DNA of 64,000 nt from Veleropilina oligotropha (Eukaryota): positions 558,001 through 622,000 of the forward strand of contig JBEUKZ010000096.1 of NCBI GenBank assembly GCA_048128005.1, in the 5' to 3' direction. Of the stretch, positions 12,801-24,800 are shown piece by piece. The notes beneath the pieces were generated by a model, which was not told where the DNA came from, ran no database searches, and worked only from the letters and a program-made list of their open reading frames with translations. The position numbers and the translations under genes are program-made. Position 1 is the first letter of the stretch, and every line of letters begins with the position of its first letter.

Positions 12801-15800
12801 TAGGGACGCTTACCTTGAAGGCACCTCGCTAGATGAGGCCACCCGGCGCTCATTGCGATGCGTGCCTTGCTCGGCCCCCACTCTATTTGGCGACAATTTC
12901 TCGGAATTCGTCGACAAGAGAGCGGCGGACCTGAAGGACCGTGCCATCGAGAAGGCGATGCTGCACCCCACCCGGGGTCCACCCGCCGACTCGAGGAAGC
13001 GTTCAGGGCCCACCCGGACCCCGAAGCCTTCTAAGCGTGCAAAGCCCTCTTCTGGTGGTAGGCCTCCGGCCAGTAAACCCACTCAGAGGAGGCAAGCACC
13101 TCCAACGAAATCCCGTCAACAGAGCGGGAGAGGGAAGCCTAGGGCTGCCGGCACACACGACGATCCCAGCTGCCCGCTGCCGCCGGTGGAAGCGTGTTTG
13201 TTAGCGTACAGCCAGCCGTGGCTAGAACTAACAGACAGCACCTGGGTCCACTCAGTCGTGAGTGCCGGATACAAGTTGGTATTCAACCGGCATCCGACCC
13301 TAACCGAGGCACCACCACCAAGCCGCGCTCGCCCTCTGCAATGCGAGAAACAAGCGGTCTTAGACCAGGCAGTGCGGGACTTACTCCTCAAAGGAGCGAT
13401 ATATCCCGCGCCGCCCAGCACACCAGGATTTACAGCCATTTCTTCCTGGTCCCGAGACCCGATGGCCGCTGGCGACCGATCCTCGATCTCTCGTATGTCA
13501 ACCGATATCTTCGCACCGAGAAATTCCGGCAAGAAACCCTCTCGAAGATACGAGCGGCCATCCGTCCGGGCGACTGGGTAGAGTCTATCGATCTGACCGA
13601 CGCGTATCTGCATGTCCCGATGCATATCACGGCTCATCAGTACCTTCGGTTTATACACGGGGAGACGATCTACCATTCAGGTGCCTACCGTTCGGTCTAT
13701 CGTCAGCCCCGTACGTCTTCACGAGAACAGTACAGGCCCTCGGAGCCTTCCTACACTCTCTAGGGCACAGGGTACATATGTACCTCGACGACTGGCTGAT
13801 CCTCGGGGCGTCCCGGGATCTGTGCCTCCGGTCTACGAGCTTTACCCTGTCATCACCGAAGCGCCTGGGATTTCAGATCAACGAGACAAAATCCTGCTTC
13901 GTGCCCTCGACGACGTTTACGTTCCTCGGAGTCGACTTCGATACGGTCCGGTACACCGCGAAACCGACCCAGAAACGTATGCGGAACCTACGCGCGGTTA
14001 TTCAAGACACCCTGTCATCGGAGATAACTACGGCGCGACAACTGGCCACTGTCCTAGGGCACATCGAGTCGGTAGCGACCCTGCTACCGACGGGTCGAAT
14101 GGACAAACGACCGTTACAACAGGCGTTCAGGGATCGCTGGATACAACGGACGGGGCAGTGGACGGATCGCATCGATCTTCGGCATTGGTTTACCAACACA
14201 ACAGCAGTGTGGTTGAACCCTGCTTTGCCGGACCAGTCGGTTCCTATATCCCCGCCAGAGCCGAACGCTTACCTGTTCACAGACGCTTCGAACGACGGCT
14301 GGGGTGGTCACCTCGACAGTTACGAGACATCAGGCCTATGGCCGACGGACCTTCAGGGACGACACATCAACTTCCTAGAGTTAGAAGAGTACCTGTCAGT
14401 ACGGTCCCTCTCGTCACATCTCCGCAACAAGCACATAATGCTCGCCACGGACAACACGACTGTCGTCGGTTACATCCAGCACCAGGGCGGCACTCGCTCG
14501 CGTCCCCTTTGCGACCGAGCAATAGACCTACACCGCCTAGTGATGTCCCTCAACTCGACGATTCGAGCCCGACACATCCCGGGAAAGCTGAATGTCAGAG
14601 CGGACTCGCTCTCTCGGAAATCACAGATTAACACACAGAGTGGACGCTACACAGCCGAGTAGCTCGGGACGTTTGTCGCCGGTGGTCACAACCCAAAGTC
14701 GATCTGTTTGCAACAGAATTTAATTACCGACTACCTCTGTATGTCTCCCCGTACCCGGACCCGGCCGCCCTAGCGGTCGACGCGTTGTCAATGACATGGG
14801 AGAATCTGTCCGCGTATGCCTTCCCACCGTCGTACATCCTGACACTCGTACTACAAGAAGGCATCGAACGAACGTTGCGAGATAACGCTAATCGCGCCCC
14901 TGTATCGCACGCAACCTTTGTTTCCGACCCTCCTCGATCTGATCGTCGATCGACCGTTAGCGCTCCCGCAAAGACCGGACCTGTTAATGCAGACGCGCAG
15001 TTGTGTATTACACCCGTCGCCGACGACTTACGTTTACACGCCTGGCGGTTATCGAACGATCCCTTGCTAAGAAAGGATTTTCTCGCGCTACAGCCCTACG
15101 CATCTACCGATCGAGAAGGCTTTCCACGTCTAAAGTTTATGACTACCGATGGGTTAAGTACGTGGATTGGTGTCACAGCCGGCAGGTCAATATTCTCCGC
15201 CCCCTGTGAACAAGTTTATCGAGTTTTTATCGTCGCTCTTTCAACGCGGAATGTCAGTGTCCGCCGTCAAAGGCTATCGGGCAACGGTCGCGAGTGCCGT
15301 GCCCGTGTTCGCCTATCTTGCGACCGAACGATTTTGGATATTATACGATCCTTCGAACTCAAATTCCGACCCGTACGATACGGCCGCCAGCCTGAAACAT
15401 CGTTCTCATTCTTAACGCTCTCCTGCTACCCGTACGAGCCTATGGGCCCGGCCTCTATGAGGAACTACGCACAAAACGGATTTTTCTGATCGCCTTAGCG
15501 TCGGGCAGGCGTTGTTCCGAAATTCATAGTCTATCCGCAGAGCTACGAAACGTTCGTTTCCAGTCAGACGGGTCGGTGATGCGGCGTCTATCTTGGGTTT
15601 CCTCGCCAAGAATCAACGGCCGAGCGAAGACGCACCCGATATCGTTATCCCCAAGCTTACGGCGTGGACCGACTACACTGTCATATGCGTGCCTTACGTT
15701 ACTACCTCGACAGGACCCGTGATATGCGGCAGGGAAAACTACGTCTATTTTATTCGTATTTACCTTCTTTACCCGCGACATTACGAAGACGACTGTTTCG

Positions 15801-18800
15801 CGGTGGTTTTCACATGTAGTGAGAGACTACTCTCGCTGTGAAAAGTAGGCCGCACTATATGTAGTTACAAACATACTTACGTCCTTACTCTTGCCATAAT
15901 AGTCATATTATCGCCAACCGGAAACAGTGAATAAAGTCACATTTAGGCACTCCTTTTAAGTCAAAACACTACGATCACCTCCCCTGCTCCACCTCTCCTA
16001 AGTTCCCCCAGCGAGATCTCGCCAAGTCTCGCGAGACATCCGAGCTATCGAAGTCACAAGACCTCAATTCAAAGTTTTCCGCCGTGACGGAAAGACGTGT
16101 TTTTGCTCCGCAAATATTTCGAATTGTCTGCGATTTTATGTTAAATCGAGGACGCTAATTAAGAAACTTATATCGTAATATAGGTTGTGGAATATACCCT
16201 GTGTTGTGGATATATGAACACAAGTGAATAGTGTAGATTGTGATTCTAAACTTCGAGAAGTTCTGGAAATGAAGTGAAACCGACATCGCCGCTGTTGCAG
16301 GGAAAAGCATGGCCGCTTAGAGGGGAAGTTTCGTGTAGTAGCAGAAATTTCTGGTCGGTATTTTTATCTGATATTGTTTGAGACTGCAAACAGGTAACTC
16401 ATTATATTGGATAATTCCTTAACGACGCTTATTGCTGGTAATTTTGTGTAAAAATTCTAGCGTCATTAATAGGCAGGATTGTTTAGATATCACTTTTAGT
16501 TATTCTGATATCCTGCCGTTGCTGGGATAATACGCCATTGTACTAATTTAAAAACATCCACGAGGTTTTCAGGTGTTTTCCTGGGCGGTTTTTTCTAAGA
16601 AAGAACCCCCGTTTGTTCTAGTCAATTTGCCGGGTTTATTACCCGGCCTCGGTGTTCCCAGTTCGGGGTTATTTTGCGGTATATCGCTTGATCTTTGATC
16701 TTCAGATCAGGGCAATTTAAAGAGTTGTAGTAGTAAAAGTCACAACTACCAAATATATACCTATTTATCTACCCCGTCCACCCACTACCACCCTCCCGTG
16801 TATCAGCTATGGTCCGGTGCAGTAACTCCGGGTGTCACCAGAAGATTCACGGGTTTGATAAGCACACGGAATGCCGCGTTCACCGTAATTGTAGTCGTAA
16901 GTACCAATGTGAACTGTGCTTAGGTTTTTCAGAGAAGCAGTGGGCGATTCTTTTCCCTCCGGTGAAGCCGACCAGGGCGGCTGCCACGGTGGGTCCTCCC
17001 CCGGAGAAGGGTCAGGAAGAGACTAGTAAGTTAAGGGATAACGTTTCTTCTTTGTCTGCTTCAGGGACGCTGGACGACAGCCGACGTAAGGTACCGTCTG
17101 TCGCCGGATCTACCGGCGAAACCTCCGCGACTCATGGGGGAGTCGCCGAAACCTTGCCGGGACCCCAGATTCAGGTAACAGCCCGAGTGCAGACCGTTCC
17201 TCCTCAACCGGGCCTAGTAGCTGCAGCCAACCATACCTTGCCGGCTAGCAAGGTATATCTGGCAGCGCAGCGAACAGCTGAGCAGGGCAGACGATCCCCC
17301 TCCTATTCTTCGGCCTCGAAGAATCCGGGATTCGTTAGTCCTTCTGCGGGAAACTCTCCGTTTAACGACGGTGAGCAACCCAATGAGAAAGCCAATATAG
17401 AGGCCGGACACCATTACGATGGTCTAAGATCCGGACAATTGGCGACACCTGAAACCTCGGTCGAGACCGACGCGACTACCCCGAGGGGTTTTCCGCTCAA
17501 CCTCGATGCTCACGAGTGTTTCAGAGGGCCCGTTCTCTCCCGTGCACCCACGATGGTCACGCTAGAGAACGTGGACAGACCGGCTGCGTTCGGGACGGGG
17601 TTCTACGGCGGTTTTCCGACCGTGCCTCTCGCGAACAGAGCGGTAGACCGATACGGACTGTTGCCGCAGTCCTACCGGTCGTCCGGCCCACTGACTGCGC
17701 CTTCAGTCTTTCGGGTTCGACCGCTCGACACGTGACCCGAGACCCTGGTTCTCGGCTCCACCTGTCCATGCAGCCCGTCTACCTAGCACCACGGTATCCT
17801 CGACAGAACTACCGGCTGTTAGTTCGACGCCCGTCCTGCCTCCGGGTTTCTCTTTGGAGAACGTCCAGGCATGGATCGCGGCGGGGTTCGAGGCCCAATG
17901 TAAGGACTGGCCGACGGCTCCCCAGCCGCGCCTGTTACCTACATTTCTGCCCATGGCGCAGAGCACGGCTCCTGCCTCCGTGATGGAGATCGACCCTCGT
18001 TCCGGCGAGGACCTCGATTCTTATCACTCCGACCTCCCTGAATCGGTCGGGCCCGAAGACGCAAGTCTTTCAGGCACGCAGGAGCCGACCTCCTCCACCC
18101 GCCGAAGGCTCGACACCGTTGCGTCACTTCGCGGGGTGCTTGGCCTGCCGGAACCGACTCGGTCGGCCGTAGGTTCAGCCAAGCACAGGACGGCAGCACA
18201 TCGGTTTGTTGAGAGGGAAGCCCCCGTGCTTCCCTCCTTACCTCAGTCTGGGCTGGTCGATCTGGTGGTCGACTCGACGACCAAGCTCATACAGGGGCGC
18301 AATCCGGTGGAGTCCTCCCCGCTGACCGAGTTCCCTTCGGGGTTCCGTAGTGGGAGGTACCTCCGGGCCAGTGCGCGAGCGATCCCGTTCGCTTGTACTG
18401 GTCCATGCCTGGCGACTGAGCCGGCTCATGTAGACGCAGCGTTGCGTCGACTGACCGCCAGTCACACTCCCTCCGTGGCGAAAGTTCCTTGGTCCGCCTT
18501 GGAAGCTTTCGAGAGTGCCGCCCGACGGGCTCTGCGGCTGTCGTCCGTTCAGGATTTTTTCCTGGACGGGGCGATAGCCGTACTACAGGAGGAAGGACCC
18601 GGCGCCCGCGAGGCTGCCCTGTCCTTCCTTCAGGAGGTTGCTGCCGCACAGGAGACCAGCGCGTTGGAGACGGGACGTGTCCTGGGCAATGCACTCCTAC
18701 TTCGTAGGGATGCTTGCCTGGAAGGCACCTCGCTAGACGAGGCCACCCGGCGCTCGTTGCGATGCGTGCCTTGCTCGGCCACCACTCTTTTTGGCGACAA

Positions 18801-21800
18801 CTTTACGGAGTTCGTCGACAAGAGAGCGGCGGACATGAAGGACCGTGCCATCGAGAAGGCGGTACTGCACCCCGTTCGGGGTCCACCTGCCGACTCGAGG
18901 AAGCGCTCAGGGCCCACCCGGACCCCGAAGCCTTCCAAGCGTGCGAAGCCCTCTTCTGGTGGTAGGCCTCCGGCCAATAAACCCATTCAGAGGAGGCGAG
19001 CACCTCCAGCGAAACCCCGTACACAGAGCGGGAGAGGGAAGCCTCGGCCCTAGGGCTGCCGGCATTTGCGACGGTCCCAGCTGCCCGCTTCCGCCGGTGG
19101 GAGCGTGTCTGTTAGCGTACAGCCAGTCGTGGCTGGAACTAACGGACAGCAGCTGGGTCCACTTAGTCGTGAGTGCCGGATACAAGTTGGCATTCAACCG
19201 GCATCCGACCCTAACCGAGGCACCACCACCAAGACACGCTCGCCTCCTAAACGGAGAGAAACAAGCGGTCTTAGACCAGGCAGTGCGAGATTTGCTCCTA
19301 AAAAGAGCGATATATCCCGCGCCGCCCAGCACACCAGGATTTTACAGCCATTTCTTCCTGGTCCCGAAACCCGATGGCCGCTGGCGACCGATCCTCGATC
19401 TCTCGCATCTCAACCGATATCTTCGCACCGAGAAATTCCAGCAAGAAACCCTCTCGAAGATACGAGCGGCCATCCGTCCGGGAGACTGGGCAGCGTCTAT
19501 CGATCTGACCGACGCGTATCTGCATGTCCCGATGCATATCACGGCTCATCAGTACCTTCGGTTTATACACGGGGAGACGATCTACCAATTCAGGTGCCTA
19601 CCGTTCGGTCTATCGTCAGCCCCGTACGTCTTCACGAGAACAGTACAGGCCCTCGGAGCCTTCCTACACTCTCTAGGGCACAGGGTACATATGTACCTCG
19701 ACGACTGGCTTATCCTTGGGGCATCCCGAGATCTGTGCCTCCGGTCTACGAGCTTTACCCTGTCATCGACGAAGCGCCTGGGATTTCAGATCAACGAGAC
19801 AAAATCCTGCTTCGTGCCCTCGACGACGTTTACGTTCCTCGGAGTCGACTTCGATACGGTCCGGTACACCGCGAAACCGACCCAGAAACGTATGCGGAAC
19901 CTACGCGCGGTTATTCAAGACACCCTGTCATCGGAGATAACTACGGCGCGACAACTGGCCACTGTCCTAGGGCACATCGAGTCGGTAGCGACCCTGCTAC
20001 CGACGGGTCGACAAACGACCGTTACAACAGGCGTTCAGAGATCGCTGGATACAACGGACGGGGCAGTGGACGGATCGCATCGATCTTCGGCATTGGTTTA
20101 CCAACACAACAGCAGCGTGGTTGAACCCTGCTTTGCCGGGCCAGTCGGTTCCTATATCCCCGCCAGAGCCGAACGCTTACCTGTTCACAGACGCTTCGAA
20201 CGACGGCTGGGGTGGTCACCTCGACAGTTACGAGACATCGGGCCTATGGCCGACGGACCTTCAGGGACGACATATCAACTTCCTAGAGTTAGAAGCCGTC
20301 TACCTGTCAGTACGGTCCCTCTCGTCACATCTCCGCAACAAGCACATAATGCTCGCCACGGACAACACGACTGTCGTCGCTTACATCCAGCACCAGGGCG
20401 GCACTCGCTCGCGTCCCCTTTGCGACCGAGCAATAGACCTACACCGCCTAGTGATGTCCCTCAACTCGACGATTCGAGCCCGACACATCCCGGGAAAGCT
20501 GAATGTCAGAGCGGATTCGCTCTCTCGGAAATCACAGATAATACACACAGAGTGGACGCTACACAGCCGAGTAGCTCGGGACGTTTGTCGCCGGTGGTCA
20601 CAACCCCAAGTCGATCTGTTTGCAACAGAATTCAATTACCGACTACCTCTGTATGTCTCCCCGGACCCGGCCGCCCTAGCGGTCGACGCACTGTCAATGA
20701 CATGGGAGAATCTGTCCGCGTATGCCTTCCCCCCGTCGTGCATTCTGACACTGGTATTACAGAAGGCATCGAACGAACGTTGCGAGATAACGCTAATCGC
20801 GCCCCTGTATCGCACGCAACCTTGGTTTCCGACCCTCCTCGATCTGATCGTCGATCGACCGTTAACGCTCCCGCAGCGACCGGACCTGTTAATGCAGGCG
20901 CGCAGCCGTGTACTACATCCATCGCCGAACGACTTACGTTTACACGCCTGGCGGTTATCGAACGATCCCTTGCTAAGAAAGGATTTTCTCACGCAACAGC
21001 CCTACGCATCTACCGATCGAGAAGGCTTTCCACGACAAAAGTTTATGACTACCGATGGGTCAAGTACGTGGATTGGTGTCACAGCCGGCAGGTCAATATT
21101 CTCCGCCCCCCTGTGAACAAGTTTATCGAGTTTTTATCGTCGCTCTTTGAACGCGGTATGTCAGTGTCCGCCGTCAAAGGCTATCGGGCAACGATCGCGA
21201 CCACGTTGAAACAGTGCCGTGCCCATGTTGGCCTATCTAGCGACCGAACGATTGCGGATTTTATACGATCCTACGAACTCGAGATGCCGACCCGAACCAT
21301 ACGGCCACCTGCCTGGAATATCGTTCTCATTCTTAACGCTCTACACTTACCCCCGTACGAGCCGATGTCCACGGTGTCTATGAGGAACTTAACGCACAAA
21401 ACGGTTTTTCTGATCGCCTTAGCGTCGGGCAGGCATTGTTCCGAGATTCATAGTTTATCCGCCGAGCTACGAGATATTCGATTCCAGTCAGACGGGTCGG
21501 TGATGCTGCGTCCTATCTTGGGTTTTCTCGCCAAGAATCAACGGCCGAACGAGGACGCACCTGATATTATTATCCCCAAGCTTACGCTGGTCGGAAAGCA
21601 CGATATAGACCGGTTAAACTGCCCCGTGCGGGCCCTGCGCTTCTACCTCGACAGGACCCGTGATATGCGGCAAGGAAAATTACGTTTATTCATTTCGTAT
21701 TTACCTTCATATACCCGCGACATTACGAAGACGACTGTTTCGCGGTGGATTTCACAGGTGGTGAGAGATGTGTACTCTCGCTGTGAAGAAGTAGACCGCA

Positions 21801-24800
21801 CTATTTTATCCGTCCGCGCGCACGAGGTCCGTGCAATTGCGGCTTCTATTGCTTTCCGACATAGCTTAAATATCACAGCGTTGCTTCAAGCAGGTTACAG
21901 GAAGAATGCAAATGTCTTTGTTAAACATTACCTGCGGGATTATTCAACAGGTGCTGATGGTTTGAGCAGTCTACAGTGTGTGGCTGCTCAAAGATGTATT
22001 GTTAGACCGAGGTCGTCTAATCAGTGAGTATTATTTCTTGATTAATCAATTAAATACTTCGTGCTGACGCAATGTTATTGTTATGCCTTGCTATTCTATG
22101 AAATAGACATTATAAGGCGATTCAATGTATGTTCATTTCTTAAAAACATTTTAAGATCTTGATATTTTCATGTCATACCTGAGTATTTTGACAAGCCAGT
22201 TCACATTGAATTTAATAAACAATTATATTGCAAAAAGTCTTAAAAGATTTTGGGGTTCAATATTATTGATGTTCTATGCTGTATAGAACATACGATGTTC
22301 AAGACATTGAAAATTTTTTAATATTTGCTTCCTTAAGTAACATGTTGTACATGTTAGCCTTTCGCAAGTTGGTCATGCAAATCACTATTAATATCGATTA
22401 TTTATTAATAATCTATTAATTCTTTGCTTATGATTTGATATCTTCACTACCTAGCTATTAGGTTCCGTGTGCTTACAAATCCGACTGCTTCCTCTGGCTA
22501 CCGGCCTATGGCCAGGAGTACTATTTGGCTGCCACTGGCCCATGACACGTAAGACCTACAAGGATAATCCTTCCGGCCGTGCCTGGGGCTGAGTGCACTT
22601 CCGCTTCACCTCGTCCGACTAACACCACGGCGTATTCTCCCGGTAACACTGGTCGAAATTCTCGCTTGGTAAGAGTAGAATATAATACTCAGTAAATTCC
22701 ACTCTGGGCGGACACAATCGACGCTTCATGCTGATTGAAATGGTGAAAAGTAAGTCATTATCTTGTTTGGGTTTGCTGTAAGGAACTTCTTACCCACCTA
22801 TCCAAGGTTATTCTGGCAAGAGTAAGGACGTAAGTATGTTTGTAACTACATATGAGGTTTTTAATTAAACCTAATATTAGTTAAAACATACTTACGTCCT
22901 TACTGCGATTACCCACCCTGCGTTTCGCATTCCTCCCCTCTACTAAGTTCCTTTGGGGTTCTGAACTTTGAATTGAGGTCTTGTGACTTCGATAGCTCGG
23001 ATGTCTCGCGAGACTTGGCGAGATCTCGCTGGGGGAACTTAGGAGAGGTGGAGCAGGGGAGGTGATCGTAGTGTTTTGACTTAAAAGGAGTGCCTAAATG
23101 TGACTTTATTCACTGTTTCCGGTTGGCGATAATATGACTATTATGGCAAGAGTAAGGACGTAAGTATGTTTGAACTAATATTAGGTTTAATTAAAAACCT
23201 CATTTTGTATCGGTCCGCGCGCACGAGGTCCGTGCATTCGCAGCTAAACACAGCGTTGCTTCTAGAAATGTCTTTGTTAAACATTTCCTGCGGGACTACT
23301 CCTTGGGGCTGATGGGTTGAGCAGTCTAACTGCTCAACGATGTATTATTAGACAAATGTCGTCTAATCAGTGAGTATTCTTTCTTGATTAATCAATTAAA
23401 TACTTCGTGCTGACGCAATGTTATTGTTGTGCCTAACTGTTCTATGAAATAGACACATTATGAGGCGATTCAATGTATGTTCATTTCTTAAACACATTTT
23501 AAGATCTTGATGTTCTCATGTCATACCTGAGTATTTTGACAAGCCAGTTCACATTGAATTTAATAAACAATTATATTGCAAAACGTCTTATAGGATTTTG
23601 AGGTTCAATATTATTGATGTTCTATGCTGTTTAGAACATACGATGTTCAAGACATTGAAAAATTTTTAATATTTGCTTCCTTAAAATTTATTTTAAGTAA
23701 CATGTTGTACATGTTAGCCTTTCGCAAGTTGGTCATGCGAATCACTTATTAATATTGATTATTTATAATAATCTATTAATTCTTTGCTTATGATTTGATA
23801 TCTTCACTACCGAGCTATTAGGTTCCGTGTGCTTACAAATCCGACTGCTTCCTCTGGCTACCGGCCTATGGCCCGGAGTACCATTTGGCTGCCACTGGCC
23901 CATGACACGTAAGACCTACAAGGATAATCCTTCCGGCCGTGCCTGGGGCTGAGTGCACTTCCGCTTCACCTCGTCCGACTAACACCACGGCGTATTCTCC
24001 CGGTAACACTGGTCGAAATTCTCGCTTGGTAAGGGTAGAATATAATACTCAGTAAATTCCACTCTGGGCGGACACAATCGACGCTTCATGCTGATTGAGA
24101 TGGTGAAAAGTAAGTCATAATCTTGTTTGGGTTTGTTGTAAGGAACTTCTTACCCACCTATCCAAGGTCATTCTGGCAAGAGTAAGGACGTAAGTATGTT
24201 TGTAACTACATATGAGGTTTTTAATTAAACCTAATATTAGTTAAAACATACTTACGTCCTTACTGCGATTACCCACCCTGCGTTTCGCATTCCTCCCCTC
24301 TTACTAAGTTCCTTTGGGGTTCTGAACTTTGAATTGAGGTCTTGTGACTTCGATAGCTCGGATGTCTCGCGAGACTTGGCGAGATCTCGCTGGGGGAACT
24401 TAGGAGAGGTGGAGCAGGGGAGGTAATCGTAGTGTTTTGACTTAAAAGGAGTGCATAATTGTGACATGTAGTTACAAACATACTTACGTCCTTACTCTTG
24501 CCATAATAGTAATATTATCGCTAACCGGAAACAGTGAATAAGTCACATTATGCACTATTAATAAGTCAAAAACGTACCACGGTTACCTCCCCTGCTCCCC
24601 CTCTCCTACGTTCCCCCGCGAGACCTCGCCAAGTCTCGCGAGACTTCTGAACCATAGAAGTCACAAGACCTCAATTCAAAGTTTTCCGCTGCCGCGGAAA
24701 GACGTTGTTTTGCTCCGCAAATATTTCGAAATAGGCGCCTGATTTCACGTTAAATCAGGGCGCAGTATTATACTTATATAGAATATAAGTAGTGGAATAT

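Larger units (their letters stand above)
15859..23203 (+). mobile_element. DIRS1-like retrotransposon, copy B (full length, 7345 bp, defective), inserted in the YR gene of A
   Basis: ITRs 15859-16076 and 22964-23203 share B-specific variants (ATTTAGGCAC, CGATCACC); ICR 22814-22904; the flanks rejoin to give A's YR sequence. Confidence 0.96.

Noticed and set aside
18845..22027. 1060-aa RT-integrase as a novel natural gene
   Set aside because: Explained by a 5-bp deletion relative to copies A and C; kept only as a minor finding.
22480..22520. HDV-like ribozyme P3/L3 (GCT-TCCTCT-GGC)
   Set aside because: Loop lacks the conserved G and I could not build P1, P2 and P1.1.
22725..22760. Hammerhead-like CTGATTGA...GAAA in the DIRS 3' region
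   Set aside because: Core has an extra base, no stem II can form, and the segment pairs better as a CAATCG/TGATTG hairpin.
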